Assembly (NCBI GenBank): GCA_050084985.1
Contig: JBITNC010000002.1
Location: 22,010,001-22,074,000 of the forward strand
DNA from: Nageia nagi
Lineage: Eukaryota > Plantae > Pinophyta
Direction of reading: 5' to 3'
DNA: 64,000 nucleotides
The notes beneath the pieces were generated by a model. That model did no database searches. It worked only from the letters and a program-made list of their open reading frames with translations, and was not told the DNA's origin. Of the stretch, positions 1 through 14,199 are shown in pieces. The position numbers and the translations under genes were made by a program. The number at the start of each line of letters is the position of its first letter. Position 1 is the first letter of the stretch.

Positions 1-68
1 ACCAAGAAAATGATTATAATACTATGGGAGAGGTGTTTAAGTTAAGTGAAGCAATAATGGACTAAAAA

Positions 69-786
69 AAATCTGTAATCATTGGATGCTTATAGCATAC
101 TCAGATCTCCACTTATAGATTTGAATGAAAATACATTCACCATTATGAGATCATACAAATTGTATATAAATTTAAAAATTGCATAATGTAAATCACAAAA
201 CTAGCAATTTCAAACACATAACAAGATTAACATAATGATTTACCCTTGGTTCACCCAATGTGGGCTAATTTAGCATGGAGTTGGAGCTTCTCATTATCTA
301 TAGACATTACAATATTACATGTATAGAGAAATACCATCAACATAATGGTAATACAATCTCTTACAATTACAATAATCTCTTATAGAAAAAAGAAAATAAT
401 ATCAAAACTATAGAACTCTGGAATGACTATTGGTCTTCCTTCAAATCTTACAATACCAAAAATACTAAACTCTCCAAAATTCTTTTTTTTAATAAAGAGA
501 ATAGAATGCATCTTAAATAAGCCTAGAAATACCTTGGAAACATCGGCTATAGGCACTAAATCATCTCATATTCCCAACACATCGATGTCCATTCAAATTC
601 CCCTACTGACTCTTCAAGGTGCATATCATTAACGGCCTAAAATCAATAATTTTCATGCTACTAGTGGCCTAAAATTGAATTTCAAATAACACCAGATTTC
701 AATCTTCATTTTGTATCCAAGTACATATACCTTTGGAATGAGTATTACTCCTAAAAATATAACCTAACATGATCCAATTCAAATCA
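69..786 (-). repeat. 3' LTR of the Ty3 element
   Basis: Aligns along its length with 5061-5783, mostly C/T and G/A differences; terminal TG eroded. Confidence 0.88.
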
Positions 787-825
787 TACCTCCCTAATGG
801 AGAAGCATTTGGTCCCACAAATGCA

Positions 826-3800
826 TAGATGAGGATATAACTCGCCAACTTTGGGCATTTCCATCCACTTGGCTTTATTAGGCTTTTATCCTTTCAATCC
901 AACCAACCATAGCTCTATCTCACCTCTTCTTGTAGCATGAACCTTCTTTTGTAATATGGAATTCTCCTTGAGTTCATCCATAGTATTAGGAGCTAAATCA
1001 TCAAGAGATGAAAAATTTGTTCTGAACCTGCTTCATCTTTAGTCAACATATATGGCTTATACAATTTCAAATGCTTAATATTTACAATTACATAAATGTT
1101 CATATATGCTGGAAAATCCAATCTAAAAGCATTCTCATTTACTTGCTCCATAATCCCAAATGGTCCATACCTTATAGGCTTCAACTTCTTAGTTGGTCCT
1201 TGCAACCTCTCCTTACTAAGATGCAACCAAACATGGTCTCCCACATGAAACTTATGGTCAACTTTATGCTTGTCATGTCTCATCTTGTACTCGGTTTGGC
1301 TTGTCTCAAGTTGCTCTTGGACTTTCAAATGAATTTTCCTATCAACAAATTTTTTAGCTTGCTTTTCATTTTTCTCAAGTGAATCTTCTTCATCCTTTTA
1401 TTGTCCAAACACACAATCAAAAGTGAAGATGGTAAATAACCAAAACAAGTATCAAAAGAAATCTTATTAATGGATGAATGAATTGCCCTATTATATAAAT
1501 GTTGAATATATTCAAGATGTTCATCCCAATACTTAGGATGTTTACCACAATAACCCCTCAAGAGTTGAACTAATGTTCTATTCACCATGTCAGTTTGTCC
1601 ATCCATTTGAGGATGAAATATAGTACTCCTCTTCAACCTTGTGTCCATATTTTCCAATAAACATGTCCAAAACTTGCCAAAAATCTACTATCTTTATCAG
1701 AAATAATGGAATTAGGCAATCCAAAATTAACCCAAACATGAGAAAAGAATAAATTTGTAACATCTTATCTTGTTATAGTATTTTTACATGGAATACACAT
1801 CTTGCTAAATCTATCCACAACAAAAATAAATAGTCATGACCTTTCTTAGTCATAGGTAATCCTCCAACAAAATCCATTAAGATACACTCCAATGGACATG
1901 AAGGCACTAGAAGTAGTTGATACAAACTCAATTTTCTATTACTTAGCTTGTTAGTGCAACACAAAGAACATCCCCTTATGTACTTGGCAACTTGATCTTG
2001 CATCTCTGGCCAGTATACATATTTTTGCAAATTGTACAATGTCTTTCCAACTTCAAAATGTTCTGCAATTTTTGAAGTATGTATTTCTCTAATCAGTCCA
2101 ATACTTTCACCTATAGGTACACATAATGCATTAAAATGATAAAAAAAAAATTCCATTTTGCAAATGAAATTCATCCAAACCATCATACTTGGACCTAGAT
2201 AAAAATAACTACTCATACACTCCTTTGAAGTTTGGATCCTACACATATGCCTCTAAAAATGACTCATAAGGGAAATGAAGAAATTGCAACATTGAGAGGG
2301 AACTCACTAGACCCTTCTTGTACACCACTAATGACCCACAATCAGTACTGCACATTATTGATGGCATTGAATCTATAGTTACATGTGGCCTAGAAAGTAT
2401 GTCAACAACCTTATTCTATGTTCTTTTTGTATACTTAATCACTAGATGAAATTGTTGTAGAATACCCATCCATTTCTAATGTTTAGTTTGATGCAATTTT
2501 AACTGAATTTGTAAATACTTTAATAGTTGATGATCAATATGAATGATTATTTCTTTCTCTATTAAGTAATGTTTCTACTTTTTAATAGCTTGAACCAATG
2601 CATACATGTCCTTATCATAAGTAGGATAATTCAAAATAACCTCACTAAATTTTTCAAAATGAGAGCAAATTATTATCTTCTTGTAACAAAATGACTCCCA
2701 TGACATAGTCACTTGCATTGATCTCCAATTCAAATAGCTTCTACAAATTAGGAAGTGCTAGCATAGGTGCACTAATAATCTTTTGCTTCAAAGTGTCAAA
2801 AGATGTTTGTTGTTATTTCCTCCATAGGAAAATTTGCCTCTTTTCGGTTACATCATCTAAAGATGAAGCAATATGAGAAAAATCAACAATAAACTTTTTC
2901 AAATATTAGATTAAATCTAAGAAACTCCTTACTTCAATTACATTGGATGGCCTTGGCCAATCTACACTTCAATTACATTGGATGGCCTTGGCCAATCTAC
3001 TATAGCACTACTTTACTAGGATCTATCTTAAGTTGTCAATGACCAATAACATGCCTAAATACACCAAAGACTCTCTACCAAACTCACATTTTGAATATTT
3101 CAATAGCAACTTCTCCCTATGCAAAGTTTGAAACACTTGTTTAAGATGTACAAAATGTTCTTTCCAAGTAGAACATTACCTTCATAAAAGTAGTTGGTGC
3201 ATTACACAAACCAACTGGAAAAATAAGCCACTCAAATAGGCCTTATCTTGCCTTGAAAGTAGTCAATAAACTCCCAAACAAAATTATGCATCCGTTCCCC
3301 TCTATTACATGCTACTAACATCCTATAGTCAATATTGCACACCATTGATAGTGTGAGATTCACTTCACCTAAGGATCCTATTTTCACCATGATTAGAACA
3401 AATATTTTTGAAGCATTCACAAAACATTTTACCTAACCAACAGTGACCAAAGGTAGCTTTTTCCTACTTTTTTGTGCACTAACTAGAAACACCTTTCTAT
3501 CTTTCACCAATAACAATTTATTCAATATTTTGTAATAAATACCATCTCTATCCCACATATAAGGGTTACCAAGAATAACACCACAAATATTTAAAGGAAC
3601 AACATCAACCACAACTTCATCAATGTACTTTGCACAAATAACAAATTTCAACTTACATTGTTTAGTGACTTGCAAACTAACATTGCGATGCATCCAACCC
3701 AAAGGATATGGATTTGTATGGTTGAAAGTTTCCAATCCCAAATTACTCACTAAAGTCTCTAAAATCAAATTTTCTTGAGAACTTGGATCAACAATGCAAT

Positions 3801-4700
3801 CTACTTTGGTTTTCTTAACTTGGATTTTGAGGTGGAATAATTGAATCCTTTGCTCTTCAATGTCTCGAGTTTCTTCAACCTTTTGAATGGCTGAAAAATT
3901 TACTCTCTCATCAACATCTAAACTTCTCTCAATATTATAACATCTAAGAACCATAGCATTAGTTTTCTTTTTATTCTTATGCTTATATAGATGTAATTTT
4001 TAACATTTATCATCAACATGACCATCTTTATCATAATGACTACAATGCCTACTATCACCTTCTTTCTTTGGAATATTAGTGGTCTTGGTTTCTTGCTTAT
4101 CTTTGCTCTTATCTTTAGATTTACCCTTCTCTTGTCCTTCCCTTGAACTAGAAGCCTTCTTGGATTCATCATATTATCTTCTTGCTTTACCATCATCCTC
4201 TAAGTATTGCACTTGCACACACACTTGATCAAGATTAATGGGATTAAAAAATATGATATTCTTTTGCAAATGATTATGTAAACCTCCAATGTACTTCATT
4301 AAAGTTTGAGGATCTTGTATTGAAACCCCAAGCAAAGTAGCTTGTTTTCTAAATTTTGTAGTGTGTTCTTGACCATTTTTCCCTCTTTGTTGTCTAAATA
4401 ATTTCATTTCATCAATTATTTGTTATGATTTCCTAATGCATAAAATTGATTTCTTAACAAGTCTTTAAATTCATTCTAAGAAGATATTTTCAATAAGTAT
4501 TCATGATTAAGAGTTTCTACATGGCTTTCCCACCAAACTAAAGAATATCCACTCTTCTTTAATCTAGCAAAAGAGATTTTATCAACATCACTTACAACAC
4601 CATGAATTTGGACATAAACCTCTAATTATTTTAACCAATTATTTGCCTTTTTTTGCATCAACCTCTCCTCCAAAATTAGGAATGTCCACTTTGGCCTCCA
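826..4700 (-). pseudogene. Disrupted gag-pol of the Ty3 element, ending in a chromodomain-like segment
   Basis: ORF-track fragments plus manual translation of 826-990: ...SILQKKVHATRRGEIELWLVGLKG*KPNKAKWMEMPKVGELYPHL. Confidence 0.85.
2931..3000. repeat. Perfect 35-bp tandem duplication inside RT
   Basis: ACTTCAATTACATTGGATGGCCTTGGCCAATCTAC at 2931-2965 and 2966-3000. Confidence 0.95.
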
Positions 4701-5060
4701 CCTTGAATGGAACTCAATTTGATGAAGATGATGAATTAGATCTCCCAACTACATCATGCTATCTCTGATTGACATTTGCATTTGCTCCAGCAACCAACAA
4801 CTTAGCCAAATGAGCCAAAGATTTGTCATTATCGAAAATCTCCTTTCAAAATCGACATCCATCACGGTACGAATAGTAGACTGGTTCTCCTCTGCATTAT
4901 GCATTTCAATTGCTCTACCCCTTCAACCAATCTTAGGATCGTTTGGAATTAATTTTAGCCTTTGAGATCTCCTCCCAAACATCAAAAAATACATTGTTGG
5001 TGATCTTAAATACCCAAAATTTTGGCCTCAAATTTCACACACACAAGCTCTAATACCATG

Positions 5061-5783
5061 TGATCCATAATCATCAAATGCTTATAGCATACTCAGATCT
5101 TCACTTATAGATTCAAATGAAAATACCTTCACCATTATGAAATCATACAAATTGTATATAAATTTGAAAATTAAATAATGTAAATCACAAAATTAGCAAT
5201 TTCAAACACACAATAAGATTAACATAATGATTTACTTTGGTTCACCAATGTGGGCTAATCTAGCATGGAATTGGAGCCTTCTCTTCTCATTGTCTATGGA
5301 CATTACAATATTACATGTATAGAGAAATACCATCAACATAATGGTAATACAATCTCCTACAATTATAGCAATCTCCTATAGCAAGAAGGAAATAATCTCA
5401 AAACTATAAAACTCTAGAATTTACTCTTGGTCTTCCTTCAAATCCTATAATCCCAAAAACATTAAACTCTTCAAAATTCTCTTTTTTAATCAAGAGAGTA
5501 GCATGCACCTTAAATGAGCCTAGAAATACCTTAAAAACATCGATTATAGGCACTAAACTGTCTCATCTACCCAACACGTTGATGTCCCTTCGACTTCTCC
5601 TACTAACTCTTTAAGGTGCAAGTTGTTAACAATAAAAAATTAGCAATTTGCACATCCCTAATGGCCTAAAATTGAATGCTAAATGACTCCAGATTTCAAT
5701 CTTCATTCTATCTCCAAGCACATATAACTCTAGAATGAGTATTTCTCCTAAAAAGACAACCTGACATGATCTAATTTGGATCA
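5061..5783 (-). repeat. 5' LTR of the Ty3 element (723 bp)
   Basis: TG...CA ends with 6-bp inverted termini; adjacent Met-tRNA PBS. Confidence 0.9.
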
Positions 5784-5901
5784 AATACCATGAATACAAC
5801 AATAGACTACAATAATGGATTACAAAAATAGATGAAAAGAATAGAATGCAAAAATAGATTACAATAATGGGAGTAAATAATAAACTCTAGTAATGGGAAA
5901 T

Positions 5902-6051
5902 AGTAAGATAAAAAGATTTCATAAATGTTCTGAGTAAGATCAAAGACTTTCTTAAATGTTATGAGTAAGATCAAAGGCTTTCTTAAATGTTCAGAGTATG
6001 ATCGAAGGCTTTCTTAAATGTTTTGAGTAAGATCAAAGGCTTTCTTAAATA
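5902..6051. repeat. 31-bp minisatellite, ~5 copies
   Basis: Unit AGTAAGATCAAAGGCTTTCTTAAATGTTNNG. Confidence 0.9.
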
Positions 6052-6139
6052 TAGATCATCAACAAAGCAAGACTTGATGGGTGGTGGACCTCTCATCACT
6101 ACTCTCATCAAGCTAAAATATTGCAAATGAATCTATAAA

Positions 6140-6480
6140 ATTGAACTAAATTTGGTGGACACCACCCAATTGCATGCATTGAACAAGAACAATTCAAGAC
6201 ACGAGTTAAACTTGATTTACACTGCCCAATTGCATGCATTGATCAAGAATAACTTAATAACTCATAAAAGCTGAACTTGATGCACATCACCCAATCATAT
6301 GCATTGATCAAAAACAACTTTTGAATATCACCATCTCAAATAATAGTTAAACTTGGCTTACATCACCCAATTGCATGCATTGATTAGGAACAACTTTTGA
6401 ATATCATCATCTCAACAAAATTTAACCTTAATGCACACTGCCTTATTGCATGCATTGGCCAAGATAAACTTTTGAACATC
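6140..6480. repeat. Degenerate 60-75-bp tandem repeat, ~5 copies
   Basis: Core CACCCAATTGCATGCATTGATCAAGAACAACTT recurring near 6163, 6223, 6288, 6364, 6438. Confidence 0.8.
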
Positions 6481-9400
6481 AATCATATCATAAAGAAACA
6501 TGGTAATATCATCTCAAAGAACTATTAAATGTCTCATATATCAAGATCATCATAATATCTCAAAGCACAAGCCAATGTTAACATATCAAGGATGTTACCA
6601 TAATGAAGAGGACTTAACTCAAAGCAATATCAATATAAAATATGTTTTCCCAATTAAGAGGTCAAAGCAATGTTAATATTGAAAATATTTCCCTAATTAA
6701 GAGGACTTACCTTTAACACATCATAACTTAAAGCATAATATCATTACACTATCAAATCTCAAAGCATTCAAGAGTCATCCAATCTTAAAGCATCATCATA
6801 AGATAATATCATGAAGATCAAGAGATAGAGTTTTTGACCTTTTTACCTTGATGTATTTTAAGTTCCCAAGCACAGAGAACTTTCTAAAATATCAAAGCAA
6901 GTGATATCTTTCTAGACTAAATTCATTGATTTTGAACTGAGCCAAAACTTCGAATGCTAAATTTTATACTATGTCGAGTGATGTTGCTTGACAATATCAA
7001 CAAAAACTTCCCAAAAAGAAAATTTCTACCTTATGATATAAATAACCAAAATTTGAAATGATTATCTAAAATGTCTGTCTAACTCTGAGCATCAACACCC
7101 AAAAAAGTTTTCATAACATTTTCTCAAAAACTTTGCCCCTTATCTTAGCCAAATTCTTACATATTGAAACCTCACTACAAATATAAATTGTTAAATAAAT
7201 TCAAAACTGAACTCACATCATATCATTCTGAAACATATGAAACTAGATCTGACCAACTCAAATTACTACTCAACATGTTCATAATCCCAATTGAAAACTA
7301 TCAAAATTGACCATCTAATTGCCCCCAATTTACTTATGAAGGCAATATGCTAATCTCATTCATATCACACATTGATTCATCTCAAAATCATCAAAATTGT
7401 GGAATACAAAAAGCATCACATTATCAAACTCATAAAATCCTTAACTCATCACATATCAAAACACATGGCTACTTCAATACAACTTACAAATTGATAATTT
7501 TCTTCATTGACAACAAACTTACAATTTTGTCTATTTTGATTTTTTTAAAATAACTTAAATTATATTTAAAATATGATATACATGATTGAAACATTCATTC
7601 ATACCTTATTCTCAACTTACTTGAAGGTTGGAATCCAATATCTTAACTTTTTGCATCTTTTTCAACTTCTCAACAATTTTTTGCTAAAAATTTTATTCAT
7701 CCTGAGAACAACTCCAAATTCATTGAAACTATGAGATATAATCATTAAAACACATGCACATATCTTAAACATGATTTTTTTCCAAAATTTCAGCCTTTGA
7801 TTCTCTCTATCCCACATTTTGACTTGCTTAGTTCATGATGGAGCAATTCTTGCAAACCTAAAATTGTGAAAAATAAATTGCCAACTTCCAACAAGCAATA
7901 CTTCCATTGTACATATGCAATTAAGCTCATTATTTTTAAATTATTAAGTTGGAATCATAGATTTTTAAAAAAAAAATCTAGGCTGATCAAATTCTAAGCA
8001 AAAATAATTGATTTAGGGGCTGAAAAAACTTGATTTATACTTGCCAAACTTGAAACTTAAAACAATCATACATTTGATTCGAGAAGAATTTTTATGTAAT
8101 TTTTTTTTTTTTTTTTGAATTTGCATACTGTTTCAAGATCTAACCATTTCAATTATCACCACATGGAGTGGTGACACTCCACATAGAGTGATGGTGCTCC
8201 ACACCTTGCTTCCACAAAGCGACAATTTTGTTTTGCAAGCTTATCTTTTCATCTTTCTGCAAGATAATGACTTGTATTTTTCATAAAAACCTAATTGTCT
8301 ATTATTCCACACTTCTGATTACTTTTTTCAAAATTTGAAACAACTTTTTTAAATTTTATACCAAAATAAACGTTTTGCAATAACTCACAAAAATACACAA
8401 GTAGGCAACTTCAACCAATGACTATGCAAAATCTCAAAACAAAACCATGTGTCTTGACCTATTTAGAGTCCCCAAGAACAAAGGACTATTTATGATCTTG
8501 ATTTCTTTAAAGTTACTAAGACCAAAGGACTATCATACAACACAACAATGTATGATAATATGATATGTAAGTAATATGAAAAGTATGATTATGCACATAA
8601 CAATGCAACTAAAATGCCAAAATACAATCCTACCCTACATGATATTTAAGAAAAATCAATAATAGTTAGGACCTCAATCGTAATCACCATGGTCATCATT
8701 ACATTTTTATAGATTTTCTATTTTGTCTTTCTTTAGCTTTGTATTTTTTAAGGAGAATGGACCTAGTTTTTCATGCCTCCAATTCTTAATAGCTTTAACA
8801 TATGCAAGAAACAAAGTATACCTTTGAATTTTTGATACCTCACTAAATTAAACATTATTAATTAGTCCATTCACTATTGATATTGTAATCACATGTTTAT
8901 CAAAATCATTTTGGTGTTCTATGTTATAATACATATCTCTGCTATCATCTATATCCTCAAAATCAAATAATTCTATTTCATTATGATTGTCAAAATTGTT
9001 ATAAGCTTCATCTATTTCTGACTTATAATTTTCAAATTCATAATTGAGTAGAAATTGGGAGGAATCACTTACTTGGATATTTGATATGCAAACTTGTGGT
9101 TCTGGAATTAAATTTCTTTTTTGAGGAAAAACTACTTGTATAATTGGAGCATCATCACCTTGTGGAGCATCGTTGCTTGGGAATGGAACATATCACTCAA
9201 GCATCAAGAGATTCATGTTCATATCATGTTGCCTCATTTTTGTTTTTGCTCCAAATTCATAGGGCCAATCTCCAAAGAAACTTTCATCATATGCTTGATT
9301 TCAATAGGTTCCTCTTTTAACAATTGAAGAGGCCAATGTTAATTTTGTTTGTCAAGAATTATCTCCTAAAAATTAGCCTTACTAGTATCATCAAGGTTAT

Positions 9401-10681
9401 TAACCATGGCAAGAAAATTGGTAGCCTCCATATCTGAAATGCTTGAGATACAGCATTAGTCATACCCAAAAATCCTAGGGCTTTTAGCATGACTAGTGAA
9501 GGAAAAAGTGATGTATCAAAAGGAAGTTGGGTTCACCAAGGTTATTTAATTATAATGGAATTCATGAAATATCATAATCTTAAAAGTAATTCAACATGAA
9601 AGATGATAATGATCAAAGTTACTCAATTGATCTTAACCTATCAAATCTGAATTTTAAATATATTACATACTTATTTTCTTACCTATAATCATAAATCGGA
9701 TGTCAAATTCACCCAAAATAGGATGATGATGAACCACTCCTTAAAGCAAGACCCTAAAATCTATTATGCATCGAGAGGCATTGCTTGGCACTTTCCACAA
9801 AAGGACCCCCTGATCTTTTTTCGTTATCAAGATTCTTATTCCAAGGTTAAGTTCCAAACATCAATATAGCAAAATAATGGCTCAAGAATGAGAGTAAGAT
9901 TTAAGTATAACAAAATCCAAATATGCTAGATTGTGTTGCAAAACACTGATCATTAGGACCAATTATGTTTACGACCTATTAAGTATTCCAAATCATGTCA
10001 TGATTTCTCATGCATAACACCTTCCACTTTTATAGATAGGAAGTTTAGTGCCAAGGCTCCTCCTTGGGATTATGGTGCACAAGTACCAAGACTCCTTCTT
10101 GGACTTATCTCTAGGCTAACCTATTATCATAAAACATAAATGTAGTGAATGTGTAAAATAAAAAGAGTATTAAATCACTTAATTAAATAAATCATTACAA
10201 ATACCAAAAAGATGTATTTTATTTAAATTAAAATTTCTTTTTAGGCATTAATAGTTTCATCTAATGCTTGGCTCAAATTTTATCAAGATCCACTTCAATA
10301 CAATGATTAATGTCAAATTAACAAGAAATATCATCAACTTCAATGCCAAATATGCATTTTGATGGTTTCATACAAACTTTATATAGATAAAGAAGCTCAT
10401 ATATAGTTTATAGGTCATATATATGCTTAGTAAGATGATTGGATTTTGTCAAAGATACCATCAATGTAAACTTTGATGATCTTATATATGAGATTATGAA
10501 ATATGTAGGTAATGGATCATTGGTGTGGGTATTTCTAACATTTTTGAGAAGGGCATGATGGTATAGAAAAATGTTAACATGAGGTTTGTAATAAGGTATT
10601 TGGTTGATTCTCTTCATTTGGTTATATTTAGAGTGATTTTTCATAAGCAATATAAGCTAAACAATGAGTGTAAACTCATGA

Positions 10682-10895
10682 TAAAATTGTTATTGGTGAA
10701 ATCAAGAACATCAATGCACAGTGAACAAATGGATTTTTACCTTTACAAATGATTATTTCCCTTCCATCCTATTACATTAAAAACTTTTACAAATACACTA
10801 TCTTTCTTGGGTAGGGCCTTGTGAAATTTCATCAAGGTGTATATAACTTGCAATTATAGTCTTAAGGCTTTAAGGCAAAAAATAGTTTATTTTGA
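10682..10895 (-). repeat. Ectopic copy of the PPR gene 3' region (17808-18024)
   Basis: Colinear, same orientation, roughly 85% identical by eye, from TAAAATTGTTATT to AGTTTATTTTGA. Confidence 0.9.
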
Positions 10896-11699
10896 GCTAG
10901 GTGGTGAAAATATCTTTTTAATTAAATACTTTAACAATCAAAAGGAAATGGTGGGTAGTAAAATAAAACATCCCTCGATATTATCACACTAACCCTAACC
11001 ACATGTTAGGAATTTTAAAAAACAAAGTCCATCATTATGAAAAAATGAATAAAACATAGTTGTCATAACTATATGGCTATACTATCATCTGACAAATATC
11101 AAGTGGCCTTGTGGGAGGAGCCCTTGGCGACTGCATCAATATCCATCATGTACTATCATTCATTGGAAGGAATGGGCCATAGATCCCATCAATCATTGAC
11201 ATGAAGGGGACTATTATCCTTGTTCATGTTATCACCCTAACTACAGGTAGGATGAATATGAGTGGAGGGTTGGGACCAATTGTGTTGTGCATGAGTGTAA
11301 TTAATGGTAGAAGTACCCTAGGCCATTAGTGGAGCATTTGACATTGGCATATTACATCCATCATCAAGATCAACTTTTCCCCACATCATTGAATTACTTG
11401 CACATTGGTGAGGGATGATACCAATGATGGTCCATATGTTGTGATCGAATATGTGATGGAGGGTGTTGACGTGATTGATACCTCAAGTGTTCCTATGATG
11501 AGTGGCTAGGGGGAGCTTAGTTGGTCGCACATGGATTGTTATCCCTGAAATTTAGACGGGTGTGTAGGTGAGCTAGCTCAACTTAAACTTTATGACCTTG
11601 GTCATTAATCTGTAGCCATACATCAAAAAAGATTTCCAACTTGTCAAATAAAGAAAAATATATGGAAGGTTCTGCATTTTTGAAGATAATCTTATTCCT

Positions 11700-13968
11700 A
11701 GATTTCCAAATATGTAATAGTAAGTTGACTCTAAAATTTTTCCCAAACTCACATGAGGGAAGGGTAAGGGTGAAAGTGTCACTTAATAAAGCATGTTACC
11801 ATGAAAAGCGAATAGGCATGAAAGGAGCAAAGAAAGAAGCTACCCATTCCTAAGAAATTCTAGAACATTTGCAAGACCCAAAAATATGCATACATGACTC
11901 TAGCTCATTATAAAAAGGGAAAATGAGGTCAAGGACTCCTAAATGGTGTAAACAAGAGCCAAGGGGAAGACCCTAATTTATGAAACTCCATGTAAAAAAG
12001 GATTTTTTGGGTTCGAGCTATGAAGCCCAAGCTAATGAAAAAAGAAAATTCCATCATGAAAGGTGGAAGATAAGATCACATTTTTGTTAATATGAGGTAC
12101 TATGGGTGAAGTTGGTGAAAGCCAATCATAGCCAAGAGAAGCTTTGTAACTAAGAAGAGGGGTGTCCACATGCTAGCTCCACTATTTCCACCATGGTTTC
12201 TAAGACTACACTCTTATTTTGAATTTTTGTGCAACATGGAGAAAGGCTTAAGCTCAATAATGCAGTCATATGTAGCTTTATCTATACTAACCAACCGAAA
12301 AGTGCATTTCAAGAAATCCTCCTAAGTAATCTAATCCTTCGCATGTTGAGAAGAGAAGTTTGCAATTGAGACAATAGATCTCTTGAAAAACTTTCATGCA
12401 TGAATCCATTGAATTTGCGCCAAATGTTGGAGATGAAAGAGAGAGGACCATCATATATTAAGCTTGTTAACAAACAAAACCTTGTGAACTCTCTCAACTT
12501 TCCATTTGATCTAGGGAATAAGTTGTTGTCATGCTTTCCATATGCTCTTGATTACAAAGGAGCTTGGGATTTTGAGGAAGATTGATGAGAGAATCAAAGA
12601 AGGGAGGTCCAAAGCCCATACCTTCTCATATCTTCTGATTAAGAGGTAATTTAGAAGAAATGAAATGGAAAAGAAGGATCTTCCATTATTTTGATCCCTT
12701 TAGAGCTCGAATGACCCATTTTTCACAAAGAAAAATTCCTTGTCTTTCACAATCAAAGAGCCCCATGCCATTTGATTATTTGGGAATGCAGTAGGTACTC
12801 CAAACAACTCTATGGAACCCTTTTCTTTTTTCATTACTTATCCATAGGAAATCCTATAAAAACTTCATGAGCTTATTGTAGCATGTTTGGGAAGGGACCC
12901 AACATGAAGAGTAATAAACATGAGTGGAGATGAGAACTTTAGAATATATTTGGAATTTACCAACTAAAGAAAGTCTTTTAGAGTTTTAGTAATCTAAATT
13001 CTTGTCAACTTTATTATTGCATAGCAACAAAGCTATGAAGACGAACCTTGGAATGCAAAAGGGATTTACAAATATTTGAAAACTTCCCTAGGAAGAATCA
13101 AATTCCTAGGGAATTGTGTGAGCCAAAGGGGCATAGGAGATTGGGATTTCCTATACCAAGAGGTTTTCTTCAACTGGATTTTGGATCCTAAAGCTTTAGA
13201 AAATATATCTAGACAGTTAAGGGCTTCAAATACAAACTACTCATCTTCTTGGAAGGTGAGAAAAGAGTCATCTGCAAAATGTCCATTAATAAGCTATCCA
13301 AAGTTACTTGGAAGAGATATACCTCTAAGTCATCCCTTAGAAGCATGTTGAGCAAGGAGGTATCCAAAGGCTTCTGTTGTTAATACATACAAAAAAGGTG
13401 CAAGAGGACACCCTTACAGAATAAATCTATGGAGTCCAATTGCTTTAGACTAAAAAACTTTCAAGGAAAGCACTACAGAAGCATCTTGAAACAACATTTT
13501 AATAGTATGAATAAAGTGTGGACCAAAACCAAGAGTCTCCAACATGGAAAGGGTTAAAGACCATTCTATGCGATCATAAGCTTTCTCAAAATCAAGTTTG
13601 ATGAAAAGGGTATGTTGATTAGAAATTCAAATCCACTCCATGCCTTTCCATACTGCTAGGACATTGTGTAAAATAAATATGTTTTGAATGAATCTTGTTT
13701 ATTTTGGATGAACTATATTAGGAAGCAAAGGCCTAAGCCAAAGGGCTAAAGCCTTAGTAATAATTTTATAGCTGACATTTAGTAAAGTGATGCGTCTCCA
13801 ATTAGTAATAAGCTTTAGATGCCCTTGTTTGGGGTAAATTTGATAATTCCCTTATTAATGATCAAACTAAGAGAACCCAAGTTTAAAGCTACAAGATATA
13901 CCTTATGCATATCAAGGTTGACAAAGTCCCAACAAGTTTTGTAAAATTAATAGGGAAATCCATCCAAA
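11700..13968 (-). mobile_element. 5'-truncated, decayed L1-type LINE (ORF2 RT and C-terminal region)
   Basis: Manual minus-strand translation: DGFP..FYKTCWDFV, NWRRITLLNVSYKIITKALA, FIKLDFEKAYDRIEW, GCPLAPFLYVL, HFADDSFL (13267-13281). The 3' boundary is approximate. Confidence 0.88.
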
Positions 13969-13973
13969 AATTT

Positions 13974-14108
13974 TGGGCATCTAAATATAATTGAAGACTA
14001 CCATCTAATATTAAAGATGATATTATATTGATATTACATTGGCAATATTATAATGAATATTTAGTTTATTATGGGCATCTAAATATAATTGAAGACTACC
14101 ATCTAATA
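13974..14108. repeat. 37-bp perfect direct repeat, starts 98 bp apart
   Basis: TGGGCATCTAAATATAATTGAAGACTACCATCTAATA at 13974-14010 and 14072-14108. Confidence 0.9.
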
Positions 14109-14199
14109 ATACTTTCAAACATCGAAAAGTAATTAAAGATTATCATCTTAACAAGTTAGGATGCATACGAGCATCTTCAAAAAAATACAAATGATTGTC

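Larger units (their letters stand above)
69..5783 (-). mobile_element. Degenerate full-length Ty3/Gypsy (chromovirus-like) LTR retrotransposon
   Basis: Direct repeats ~69-786 and 5061-5783; the right copy has TGATCC...GGATCA termini. PBS TGGTATTAGAGC (minus, 5047-5058) next to the right LTR; PPT AGGGAGGTA (787-795). Minus-strand order gag (4174-4407), protease (VDCIVDPSS, 3433-3954), RT remnant, RNase H, integrase (993-2246: H..C..C zinc finger, MDFVGGLP, FHPQMDGQT, GPF). Many stops and frameshifts; no TSD recognisable. Confidence 0.93.

Noticed and set aside
5902-6480. Regularly spaced repeats as a possible CRISPR array
   Set aside because: No unique spacers (units are tandem and homologous), no cas genes, and the context is plant nuclear DNA.
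9700-10136. Possible solo LTR with small CCAAGG/CCTTGG hairpins
   Set aside because: No matching TSD or partner LTR in the window; boundaries cannot be supported.
10893-11576. 8-bp direct repeat TGAGCTAG suggesting an hAT TSD or Helitron CTAG end
   Set aside because: No terminal inverted repeats inside it, and CTAG is not followed by T or preceded by a clear hairpin.
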